Part shown: positions 44,301-53,108 of the stretch, one piece after another
Layout of the letters: each line of letters begins with the position of its first letter
Numbering within the stretch: the first letter of the stretch is position 1
Source of the DNA: Thermoproteota archaeon
GTDB lineage: Archaea > Korarchaeota > Korarchaeia > Korarchaeales > Korarchaeaceae
Direction of reading: 5' to 3'
Length of the DNA stretch: 64,000 bases
Assembly (NCBI GenBank): GCA_027491915.1
Contig: JAOZGC010000002.1
Span: forward strand, 623,331 to 687,330
Made by a program: the position numbers and the translations under genes
The notes under the pieces: generated by a model
The model's database searches: none
The model's input: only the letters and a program-made list of their open reading frames with translations
Told to the model about the DNA's origin: nothing

Positions 44301-44449
44301 CCCGACCGACTCGGTCGTCCGCCGGGGGAACGCCGCGACTAAATAACCCTTTGCGTCATCTTTCCGCCATTTCGCCGTTTTATTTGGCTATATGGGGAGA
44401 GAATTGGCCAATATGATGTCATAGTAACCCGATGGACCGGGATGGATGG

Positions 44450-44983
44450 TCAATCTTTCCGGGACGGGAGCCTCGGGGAGTGGTCCTCGTGGACCCTCTC
44501 TAGGGAGAGCAGGGTGTGGGTCTGGACCACGTCCTCGTGGGTGGCCATGAAGGATATGAGGAACCTGGTGAGCTGATCCAGCTCCGATGCCCTGACCTTA
44601 AGCAGGAGATCGTACTCCCCGGTTATTATGTGGGCCTCCTCCACCCAGGGCAGCCGGCGATCCGACGAGGTCATCTCCACTATCCTCTCGGCCAGCAGCT
44701 CCTGGTTTGACCTCCCGCCGACCGGCCTCGTCCTCCTGACCTTGACCAGCACGAACGCCGTTATCCTGTACCCCAGCCTCTCGGCGGAGACGACCGCCCG
44801 GTACCCCTCCACCAACCCGGCCTCCTCCATCCTGGCCAGCCTGGAGGCCACGGTCGTCCTGGGGGCGCCCACCCTCTCGGCGAGCCTCGTGATCGGGATC
44901 CTGCCGTCCTCCATCAGCTCCCGCAGTATCCTGACGTCCAGGTCGCCCAATCCGGGCAAGGGTTCTCCCCACCTCTCTCCCAC
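44450..44983 (-). CDS. Lrp/AsnC family transcriptional regulator
   Basis: LDVRILRELMEDGRIPITRLAERVG, RLARMEEAGLVEGY, ITGEYDLLLKV; sits upstream of asnA. Confidence 0.92.
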   Translation of the reverse strand: MGERWGEPLPGLGDLDVRILRELMEDGRIPITRLAERVGAPRTTVASRLARMEEAGLVEGYRAVVSAERLGYRITAFVLVKVRRTRPVGGRSNQELLAERIVEMTSSDRRLPWVEEAHIITGEYDLLLKVRASELDQLTRFLISFMATHEDVVQTHTLLSLERVHEDHSPRLPSRKD

Positions 44984-45080
44984 CTCCCGGGCGGGCCCGT
45001 AATAACAGGATCGCCTCCGGCGCTGCGGACCGGAAGGGGACCCCGGAACCCGTTTAAGCGGGACCGCAGGGACGCGCCCC

Positions 45081-45332
45081 GTGCCCGAGACCGAGAGGCT
45101 GATACTGCTGGTCAGGAGGGGTCAGCCGGAGAGCTCTGAGGCCCTGGACCTCCTGAGGGGCGCCGGGGTGGAGGCCCTGATATTGGACGCCGACGACCCG
45201 GGGGTGGCGCCCTCCCTGCCGGACGGGGTGGGGACCGCCGCGACCCCAGCCCTCCTGACCAGCCGGGGGGTCGTCCCGGGGGTGGAGCTGATCAGGCTGT
45301 ACCTGTCGGGCCTCAGGGGCGGGACCCGCTGA
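45081..45332 (+). CDS. Small glutaredoxin-fold-like protein without CxxC
   Basis: SSEALDLLRGAGVE...TPALLT...GVELIRLYL; TTTAAG at about 45053. Confidence 0.55.
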   Translation: MPETERLILLVRRGQPESSEALDLLRGAGVEALILDADDPGVAPSLPDGVGTAATPALLTSRGVVPGVELIRLYLSGLRGGTR

Positions 45333-45353
45333 CCGGCCGCTCCCCGCCCCGCC

Positions 45354-46465
45354 CTACCTGCGGACCAACTTGGAGGCGCTCATCCCCCTGGGCCCGATCA
45401 GGGTGACCGCGTACTCCTTGGCCCCGTCGACGATCTTCTGCCAACATTTCGGGTCGGAGGCGGCCAGCCCGACCTCGCCCTCGTTCAGGGGCTCTCCCTG
45501 GGGTTTCATGGTCAGGACGGGGCAGCTCCCGTTCCCCTCCTTCCACGTCAAGACGATCGTCCACCGCTCCGGCTCCATCTCGTCGCCGGAGATGGGGTCC
45601 GGGCCCAGGTTCACGAAGTGAACGGCGGCCTCCTTCTCGTCTACCTCCTCTATCTCTATCCGGGACACGGGGGAGGAGCCGGTGTAGGTGGCCTCCAGGC
45701 CGCCCGGTCCCCTCAGGGTGACGGAGTACTTCGCGGAGTCCCCCAGCACCTTGTTCCAGCAGCTCGGGTCCGAGCTGGCCGCGGCCGACCCCCCGGGCGG
45801 GACCTCCTCGCCCGAGGGGGAGAGGGAGGAGACCGGGCAGTCCCCCGACCCGAGGTCCCCCTCCAGGGTCACCGACCACTCCCCCGGGTCCATGTAGTCC
45901 GGCGGTATGGGGCCGTCGCCGACGTTGGCGAAGGACACTACGGCCCCCCACCTGTCGACGGAGGTTATCTCTATCTCGGGGGATCCTCCCCCGCCCCCTC
46001 CCCCGCCCCCTCCCGACCAGGGGGAGGCGAGCCTGCCCTCTAATATGGTCCCGGCCTGGTTCCCCCCGGGGGCGTAGACCTTGATCATGGCCCTGGACCC
46101 GGACTCAGGCCAGCAGGAGGACAGGTTCAGGGCGGCCTCCTCCCCGGGGGCCAGGTCCCCTGAGGGGGTCACCGAGTCCGGGGAGCACGTGACGCTTCCG
46201 TCCCCCTGAACCTCGAATACCACGGTCCACGCGTCGGGTCCGCCTCCGGGAACCGCCTCCGGCCCCAGGTTCCTCACGTGTATCGTCCTGGTGGAGGGCT
46301 CCACCGAGATTATCTCTATCCCCGCCTCCCCGCCGGTCCCGCCCAGCCCCACCCCGGGGCGGCGAGCCTGGCGGCCGGGGCGAATATCAGGATTGCGAGG
46401 GAGATGCCTATCACCAGGATGGCGGCCTCGACGGCCAGCCTGGAGACCCCGGGTCTGACGGCCAC
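45354..46465 (-). pseudogene. Archaeal type IV pilin-like protein with three tandem globular repeats; signal peptide out of frame (frameshift near 46352-46359)
   Basis: GTG at 46465 just downstream of AAAGTTTATTTTAT gives MAVRPG|VSRLAVEAAILVIGISLAILIF then stops; the body IEIISVE...VRNLG and two more repeats is in the adjacent frame. Confidence 0.72.
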
Positions 46466-46557
46466 GCGCCGACCGATCCGGGGAGATAAAATAAACTTTC
46501 CCGTGGAATGGCCGAGAAAGCGGCACCTTTTTTGAGCCGCCGGGCCGGGGATCCGGG

Positions 46558-47769
46558 GTGTCCGTCGTGCCCCGGCCGCCGCCCTCCCTCTGCGTCAGGT
46601 GCAAGGGGGTCCGCCGCCTCTGCGGCCTGGAGAGGTGCCCCATCCTGGAGAGGGCCAGGGCCCAGGCCGGCTTGAGGATCCCCTACCCGGAGGTCGAGGC
46701 CCCCACTCCCCCCCTCGTCCTGGTGGGGGAGGCGGGATATCCCAAGGTCAGGGTGGGCCCGACGCTCGAGCTGGGCCCCGGGATCGGGGACCCTCGGGAG
46801 CTCGTGCGCTCGGCTTCCCTGGAGGAGGTCGTCCGGGCCAGGGCCAGGACCCTGACCCCTACCATCCGGGTCGACGCCGGGCGCCCCTCCGGGAGGTGGC
46901 TGGGCGAGGTGAGGCTGGCGGCCATGGGGTCCCGCCCGGCGGAGGTGGAGGCCGAGCTCGAGAGGCGCCCGAATGTCGGGGTGAGGTTCGACGGGGTGGC
47001 TCCCCCCAGCGGGCCGTCGGCCCCGGCCAGGAGGGTGAGGCTGGCGGAGGAGCCCAGGGTGCCCCCCCAGGTGGAGAGGGCGGTCTACGACGCGGACCTC
47101 CGGGCGGCGGAGGCCGTCCTTGACCTCTACATCTCGGGGGTGGACGTCTACCACGTCCAGAGGCTGCTGAGCCTGGGGCTCGTGGGGACCCGCGGCAGGA
47201 GGAGGCTGGTGCCGACCAGGTGGGCCATAACCGCCGTGGACTCCATCCTGGGGGACGCCCTGAGGAGGGAGGTCCTGGACCTGCCCTGGTACTCGGGTCC
47301 CCCGCTCCTCCACCGCTGGAGCTTCGCCGGCAACGAGTACAGGATACTCATCCTCCCGGGGCCCTACGGGCTCGAGGTCTTCGAGGCCTGGCTCCCCGGG
47401 GGGCTGTGGTCGGGTCGGTCCCTCCAGCTGACCTCCAACTACGAGGGCACCGCGACCCCGGGCTTCCCGACGATGGACGGGGGGCACTACGCGATGAGGC
47501 TGCCGGTGCTGGAGCGGCTGCGGGAGATGGGGAGGCAGGCCGCGGTGGTGGCCGTCAGGCAGGTGGGCCCCTCCTACTACGCCCCCGTGGGGAGCTGGCA
47601 GATAAGGGAGTCCGTGAGGGCCGCGCTGTCCTCCGAGCCCACGAGGTTCGACTCAGCCGGGGAGGCCCTCGGGGCCCTGGCCCGGGGGCTCGACTTCGAC
47701 CTCCGGGGGGCCCTCTCCCGCTCGAGGACCGCGGCCGCGCTCCGGCAGCGGAGGCTCCCCCCGGACTGA
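46558..47769 (+). CDS. nreA: Nre family DNA repair protein
   Basis: LCVRCKGVRRLCGLERCP, VGEAGYPKVRVGP, RRRLVPTRWAITAVD, GGHYAMRL, PVGSWQIRESVR. Confidence 0.9.
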   Translation: MSVVPRPPPSLCVRCKGVRRLCGLERCPILERARAQAGLRIPYPEVEAPTPPLVLVGEAGYPKVRVGPTLELGPGIGDPRELVRSASLEEVVRARARTLTPTIRVDAGRPSGRWLGEVRLAAMGSRPAEVEAELERRPNVGVRFDGVAPPSGPSAPARRVRLAEEPRVPPQVERAVYDADLRAAEAVLDLYISGVDVYHVQRLLSLGLVGTRGRRRLVPTRWAITAVDSILGDALRREVLDLPWYSGPPLLHRWSFAGNEYRILILPGPYGLEVFEAWLPGGLWSGRSLQLTSNYEGTATPGFPTMDGGHYAMRLPVLERLREMGRQAAVVAVRQVGPSYYAPVGSWQIRESVRAALSSEPTRFDSAGEALGALARGLDFDLRGALSRSRTAAALRQRRLPPD

Positions 47770-47777
47770 CCCTGGGT

Positions 47778-48260
47778 TCAGCGGGCCGCGGCGGCGGGGC
47801 CGGACCTCGGGACCATCAGGTAGATGGCCAGGAGTCCCAGGAGCGCCCCGGCCGCCAGGCCGGCCTCGGCCGGGATGGCGGGGAGGAGCCTGGCCGCGTG
47901 GACGGAGGCCAGGGAGGCGGCCGCCGCGAAGGTCGACTCGGCGGCCAGGTGCCCCAGCCACCCCCGGCCGGCCTCCGCCCCCCCAACCTCGGAGGAGAGC
48001 CACGCGGCCGAGGCCGAGATCGCCACCAGCGTCCCCCAGACCGCCGCGATCTCCGGGCTCCTGGGTCCGAACACGACGCACCCCGCCACGGCCGTCACCC
48101 CGCCGGCGGCCGCCAGGGCCGGCCTCCCCGTGATCGCCCCCGCCGTCAGGACGGCGAAGGAGGCGGCGGCCCTCTCCGGCCCGGCGTGGACCCAGAGGAC
48201 GGCCCCGGCGGCCAGGGCGGTCCAGAGGGAGAGGGCCCTCAGGATCCGACCCGCACCCAC
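47778..48260 (-). CDS. Membrane protein, last gene of the MoxR cluster
   Basis: Multiple Ala/Leu-rich TM segments; overlaps the DUF58 gene. Confidence 0.65.
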   Translation of the reverse strand: MGAGRILRALSLWTALAAGAVLWVHAGPERAAASFAVLTAGAITGRPALAAAGGVTAVAGCVVFGPRSPEIAAVWGTLVAISASAAWLSSEVGGAEAGRGWLGHLAAESTFAAAASLASVHAARLLPAIPAEAGLAAGALLGLLAIYLMVPRSGPAAAAR

Positions 48261-49495
48261 CTGATCGCACCTCCCCCGGTCACGGGACCCCTCACGTCCC
48301 AGTCGAGCACGGCGGCGAAGGCGCTGGCGGCCGCCAGGGCCGCCTCCCTCTCCAGGGAGAGGATCGAGGCGGCGGCCGCCTCGACGGGGTCCCCCCAACC
48401 CCTGCCCCCGCCTCTTCCCGTCCGCCGGGAGAGCTCGGCCGTTATGGGGTTGGGGGACACCACCAGGACCTTGAATCCCCTCGAGGCCAGCTCCGCCAGG
48501 GCGTCTGGGGTCGTCGGGTCGGTCATCGGCGAGACCAGGATTACCTGGCACCCCCTGGTCAGGTAGACGTTCGCGGCGTTCCTGACCAGCAGCCTGAGCT
48601 CGGCCGACTCCGTCGGCCTGGCGGCGGCCAGGCACCTGGCTATCTCCACCAGGTGGGCCGGGCCGTACTCCGGGGGGATCCACCTGCTCCCCAGGTGGAG
48701 GAGCCCGACCCTGTGCCCCATCCTCATGGCCGCGGCGGCCACCCCCATGGCGGCCCTGCAGGCGTGGTCCAGCAGGTCCCCCCCGCCGGACCAGGTCACC
48801 GATGGACCGGTGTCCAGCAGGATCATGACCTCCGTCCTCCTCTCCGCCTCGTGCTCGTTGACCATGACCTTCCCCCTCCTGGCGGTCGCCTTCCAGTTGA
48901 CCGTCCTGAGGGGGTCCCCGGGCAGGGCCTCCCTTATCGACCTGAACTCCGTTCCGGGCCCCGGGACCCTGGAGGGGGCCTCGCCGGGGATCGGCCTCGT
49001 CCCCTCGGAGTAGATCTTGAGCCAGGACACCTCGTCGACCCTGGGGACGGCGGTCGCGTAGGCGGGTGACTCGAGCCTCAGGGGGAGGTAGAGCAAGCCC
49101 AGGGGATCCGTCACCGCCACTCGGACGGGCCCCAGGCGGTAGACCCCCCTCCTGACGGAGGCCCGGTACCTGAGGAGGGGGTCCCCCGGGGTCAGGTCGA
49201 ACCTGGAGCTCGCCCCCGCGGGATCCATGCCCTCCGGGACCACGTCCACCGCCAGGACGAGCCTCCTCGGACCCGAGATGTTCACCTCCACCTCCACCTC
49301 GCCGCCCTCGACCAGGAGGTCCGGGTCCACCCGCCTGGAGGCCCTCAGGTCGGCCGGGGAGGCGTAGACCCTGGCCACGGCCAGCAGGGCCAGCGGCGGC
49401 ACGGCCGCCGACAGGGTCTCCCACCTGAGCGAGATCGCCGAGAAGCCCACCGCCGCTGCCGCCAGGGCCACCAGGAGGGCGGCCCTCCCGGTCAT
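48239..49495 (-). CDS. DUF58 (vWA) MoxR partner
   Basis: RRGVYRLGP...DPLGL, EFRSIREALPGDPLRTVNWKATARRG, ILLDTGPS. Confidence 0.9.
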   Translation of the reverse strand: MTGRAALLVALAAAAVGFSAISLRWETLSAAVPPLALLAVARVYASPADLRASRRVDPDLLVEGGEVEVEVNISGPRRLVLAVDVVPEGMDPAGASSRFDLTPGDPLLRYRASVRRGVYRLGPVRVAVTDPLGLLYLPLRLESPAYATAVPRVDEVSWLKIYSEGTRPIPGEAPSRVPGPGTEFRSIREALPGDPLRTVNWKATARRGKVMVNEHEAERRTEVMILLDTGPSVTWSGGGDLLDHACRAAMGVAAAAMRMGHRVGLLHLGSRWIPPEYGPAHLVEIARCLAAARPTESAELRLLVRNAANVYLTRGCQVILVSPMTDPTTPDALAELASRGFKVLVVSPNPITAELSRRTGRGGGRGWGDPVEAAAASILSLEREAALAAASAFAAVLDWDVRGPVTGGGAIRWVRVGS

Positions 49496-49532
49496 CCCGA
49501 CCCCGGCCCCCCTCCCGCCGCCCGCCCTCCCC

Positions 49533-50486
49533 TCACCCAATCGGGGGCACCTCCACCGAGTCCAGGACCCTGCGGACCACGGCCTCCTGGGTCTCCTTGG
49601 TGTACCAGACCTCCCTCCTCAGCATTATCCTGTGGGCGAGGGCCGGGACCGCGGCCCGCTTCACGTCGTCCGGTATGACGTAGTCCCTGCCGTCCTGGAG
49701 GGCCAGGGCCCTGGACAGGAGGATCAGGTGTACCGCGGCCCTGGGCGACGGGCCCAGCTCCACCTCCGGGCTGTCCCTCAGCCTCCTGATCACCCTGACC
49801 GCGTACCTGGCCACGGGCTCCTCCACCCTCACGGCCTCGACGGCCGCCCTGATGGTCTCGAAGTCCCCCCCGTCCGCCACGGTCCGCAGGTCCGCCTCCT
49901 CCCTCCCCCTCCTGATCCTCCTCCCTATCACCTCCACCTCGCCGTCCTCGGACGGGTAGCCCACCCTGATCCTGGCCATGAACCTGTCCAGCTGGGCCGC
50001 GGGGAGGGGGTAGGTGCCCTCGAACTCTATGGGGTTCTGGGTCGCTATCACCACGAAGGGCCTGGGCAGGGGCCTGGTCTCCCCCTCCACCGTGACCTGA
50101 CCCTCCTGCATGGCCTCCAGCAGGGCCGACTGGGTCTTCGGGGGGGCCCTGTTTATCTCGTCCCCCAGCACCAGGTTGGCGAACACGGGCCCCTCGACGA
50201 ACCTGAACTCCCCCGTCCTCCTGTCGAAGACGTGGGTCCCGGTTATGTCCGCCGGCAGCAGGTCCGGCGTGAACTGTATCCTGGAGAAGGCGAGGGACAT
50301 GGTCCTGGCTATGCTCTTGGCCATGAGGGTCTTGGCCACCCCGGGCACGTCCTCTATCAGCACGTGGCCCCCGGCCGACATCACCGCCAGGACCATCCTC
50401 AGCACGCCCTCCTTCTCCACCACCACCCTGGACACCTCGGCCACGACGGCGTCCAAGACCTCCCTGGCTCCCTCGAAGTCAACCAC
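49533..50486 (-). CDS. moxR: MoxR family AAA+ ATPase
   Basis: HVLIEDVPGVAKT, RIQFTPDLLPAD, DEINRAPPKTQSALLEAMQE, ATQNPIE, GPSPRA. Confidence 0.95.
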   Translation of the reverse strand: MVDFEGAREVLDAVVAEVSRVVVEKEGVLRMVLAVMSAGGHVLIEDVPGVAKTLMAKSIARTMSLAFSRIQFTPDLLPADITGTHVFDRRTGEFRFVEGPVFANLVLGDEINRAPPKTQSALLEAMQEGQVTVEGETRPLPRPFVVIATQNPIEFEGTYPLPAAQLDRFMARIRVGYPSEDGEVEVIGRRIRRGREEADLRTVADGGDFETIRAAVEAVRVEEPVARYAVRVIRRLRDSPEVELGPSPRAAVHLILLSRALALQDGRDYVIPDDVKRAAVPALAHRIMLRREVWYTKETQEAVVRRVLDSVEVPPIG

Positions 50487-50985
50487 CGGAGATCAACCTC
50501 CCGACCACCTCCCTCAGCAGCTCCAGGTACTCCTCCCCCCTCGGCCCCGCCGGGTGGACCAGCTCCGGGGGGATCGAGGCCCTCACCTCGTCCCTCAGCC
50601 TCCAGGGGGGGAGGCCCCGCCTGACCCCCATCAGGGCCGACCCCCCGTCCAACAGGAGCTCGACCACCTCCCTCCTGGACTCGGCCAGGCCCGAGGCCGC
50701 CATGGAGACGAGGCTCCCGATCCTGTCCAGCCTACCCCGGGGGGCGACGGCTCGGCGGCCCCCCTCCGGCGTCAGCCTCCCGGTCTCCCGCACCAGGGCG
50801 GCGGCCTCCCCGAAGAAGCCCACGGACACGGCGGCGGCCGACGCCCACCACCTGGTCAGGGGGTTGGCCGCGGCGGCGGCCGCGGCGGCCAGGGCGGCCA
50901 CCGCGAGGAAGATCGCCCACCCCCCCGTCCCCCTCCCCCCGGACCCGGCGCGGCTCAGCCCCACGGCCACCCCCACCTCCGCCAC
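50479..50985 (-). CDS. Membrane protein of the MoxR cluster
   Basis: Two N-terminal TM segments; overlaps both neighbours. Confidence 0.65.
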   Translation of the reverse strand: MAEVGVAVGLSRAGSGGRGTGGWAIFLAVAALAAAAAAAANPLTRWWASAAAVSVGFFGEAAALVRETGRLTPEGGRRAVAPRGRLDRIGSLVSMAASGLAESRREVVELLLDGGSALMGVRRGLPPWRLRDEVRASIPPELVHPAGPRGEEYLELLREVVGRLISGG

Positions 50986-51833
50986 CTTCTCCTCCCCCCG
51001 CCGCCGGGGAGGACCTCCCTGACGGTCTCCACCATCTCCTCGGCGGCCCTGATCTCCTCGGGACCCTCCGCCGCCCCGCCGTAGGCGACCAGCTCGAAGA
51101 GGCTGGTGATCCCGGCCAGGGCCGGTTCCGCCCTGGGGGCCGCGGCCCGGGCCGAGGCCTCGACCTCCCTGTGGGTCATGGACGGGCGGACCTCCACCCC
51201 GGCCGCCTCCAGCAGCCCGAGGGTCTCCTCGTAGGCCCTCTCCACCTCGGAGAGCGCGGGCCGCGCCCCCTCTCCTCCCCTCTCCCGGGGGCGGGGCCGC
51301 CGCGCGGCCGGCCCGGGCCCCACCCCCGAGGCCGACGCCGCGGACGCCAGCGCCGCCAGGGCCGCGCCGGCCAGGGCGGCGGCGACCATGAGGGGCGCCG
51401 CGGGTGCGGGCTCCCCCATCCTCCCGGAGGAGTTGACCGCCGACCCGGCCTGAGATGGCGCCGGCACGGGCTTCTCCCCCGTCTGGGCGGGCCCCCGGGT
51501 CGCCCCTTTCCCGACGGGCTTCCCTGGTTCGATCCCCACCGGGGAGGGGCGCCGGGGGGTCAGGGAGTAGATCATGATCACTATGACCGCCAGGGTCAGG
51601 ACCCTCCTCGGGTCGATACCGAGCCTCCTGAGGTACAGCGTGAGGCCGACGGCCGACGACGCGCCCAGGATCAGGAAGGCGAGCCCGGCGGCGCCCGATA
51701 CGTATTGCGGGAGCCGCGAGCCGCTCGCGGGCTCGGCCGCGGGGGCCTGGCTGGGGCCGGCCGACACCGAGGCCGCGGCCAGCAGCGCCGCCGAGGCGGC
51801 CGCCAGTGCGACCGCCGCCGGGGTCCTACCCAT
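50955..51833 (-). CDS. DUF4129 domain membrane protein
   Basis: RAYEETLGLLEAAG...SMTHRE...ITSLFELVAYGG. Confidence 0.78.
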   Translation of the reverse strand: MGRTPAAVALAAASAALLAAASVSAGPSQAPAAEPASGSRLPQYVSGAAGLAFLILGASSAVGLTLYLRRLGIDPRRVLTLAVIVIMIYSLTPRRPSPVGIEPGKPVGKGATRGPAQTGEKPVPAPSQAGSAVNSSGRMGEPAPAAPLMVAAALAGAALAALASAASASGVGPGPAARRPRPRERGGEGARPALSEVERAYEETLGLLEAAGVEVRPSMTHREVEASARAAAPRAEPALAGITSLFELVAYGGAAEGPEEIRAAEEMVETVREVLPGGGGRRRWRRWGWPWG

Positions 51834-51899
51834 CCGGGGGGGAGGGCCGGGCCCCCTTTTTTATTTCTTCCTCCGGGCCGACCGCAAAGGTGCGCTCGC

Positions 51900-53108
51900 A
51901 TGGGGGGGATCTACGTCGAACCCTGCAGCAGGATCCCGATGGACCGGCAGCCTATAGAGATAGTCGAGAGGAAGGGCAAGGGCCACCCGGACACCATCAC
52001 CGACGCCGTGATGGAGAGGGTCTCGGTGGAGCTGACCCGCGAGTACCTGAGGAGGTTCGGGGGGATCCTCCACTACAACGCCGACAAGTCCCTCCTGGCC
52101 GCCGGGGTGACCGAGACGGCCTTCGGCGGCGGTAGGGTGATCGAGCCGATGCTCTTCGTCTTCGGCGACAGGGCCACCACCAGGTACGCCGGCGAGGAGA
52201 TAGACGTGGCCGAGGTGGCCGTCAGGGCCGCCAAGGCGTGGATAAGGGAGAACCTCAGGTACGTGGACCCGGAGGAGCACGTGAGATACCAGGTGGAGCT
52301 GAAGCAGGGGTCCGCCGAGCTGACCGACATATTCAGGAGGGGGGAGGGACCGCTGGGGGCCAACGACACCTCGGCCGCGGTGGGCTACGCCCCGCTCTCC
52401 AGGGTCGAGAGGACCGTCCTGGACCTGGAGAGGTACCTGAACTCCCCGGAGTTCAAGAGGGAGTACCCGGAGACCGGAGAGGACATAAAGGTCATGGGGT
52501 ACAGGGTCGGGGACAGGCTGGAGCTGACCGTGGCCATGGCCTTCGTGGACAGGCACGTGTCCAGCGAGTCAGAGTACTTCCGGGTCAAGGGGGAGGTCCT
52601 GGAGAGGATGGAGCGGTTCCTGGAGGAGAGGGGCGACTTCGACGAGGTCGCGGTCCACCTCAACACCCTGGACGTGAGGGGGAGGGGGGTGGACGGCGTC
52701 TACCTGACTGTGCTGGGGACCAGCGCTGAGGGCGGCGACTCGGGTCAGGTGGGGCGAGGGAACGGCGTGAACGGGGTGATTCCCCTCATGAGGCCCAGGA
52801 GCTCAGAGGCGGCCGCGGGGAAGAACCCGGTGAGCCACGTGGGCAAGATATACAACGCGTTCACCCACCACATAGCCTCCAGGATAGTGGAGGAGGTGCC
52901 CGAGGTGGAGGAGGCCTACGTCTGGCTCCTCAGCAGGATAGGCAGCCCGATAAGCCAGCCGGAGGTGGCGGCGGCCGAGGTCTACCTGGAGGACAGGTCC
53001 AGGATGGCCGACCTGAGGGGCCAGGTGGAGGAGGTGCTGGCCGGGGAGCTGGACCGCATAGGGGGCTTCGTTGAGAGGCTGATAGGGGGGGAGATCCCCA
53101 CCTACTGA
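51900..53108 (+). CDS. mat: S-adenosylmethionine synthetase, archaeal type
   Basis: IEIVERKGKGHPDTITD, HYNADK, ANDTS, GEDIKVMG, GDSGQVGRGN, AGKNPVSHVGKIYN. Confidence 0.95.
   Translation: MGGIYVEPCSRIPMDRQPIEIVERKGKGHPDTITDAVMERVSVELTREYLRRFGGILHYNADKSLLAAGVTETAFGGGRVIEPMLFVFGDRATTRYAGEEIDVAEVAVRAAKAWIRENLRYVDPEEHVRYQVELKQGSAELTDIFRRGEGPLGANDTSAAVGYAPLSRVERTVLDLERYLNSPEFKREYPETGEDIKVMGYRVGDRLELTVAMAFVDRHVSSESEYFRVKGEVLERMERFLEERGDFDEVAVHLNTLDVRGRGVDGVYLTVLGTSAEGGDSGQVGRGNGVNGVIPLMRPRSSEAAAGKNPVSHVGKIYNAFTHHIASRIVEEVPEVEEAYVWLLSRIGSPISQPEVAAAEVYLEDRSRMADLRGQVEEVLAGELDRIGGFVERLIGGEIPTY

Noticed and set aside
47778-51833. MoxR-DUF58-DUF4129 cluster as a novel system
   Set aside because: This arrangement is widespread and already described in archaea and bacteria
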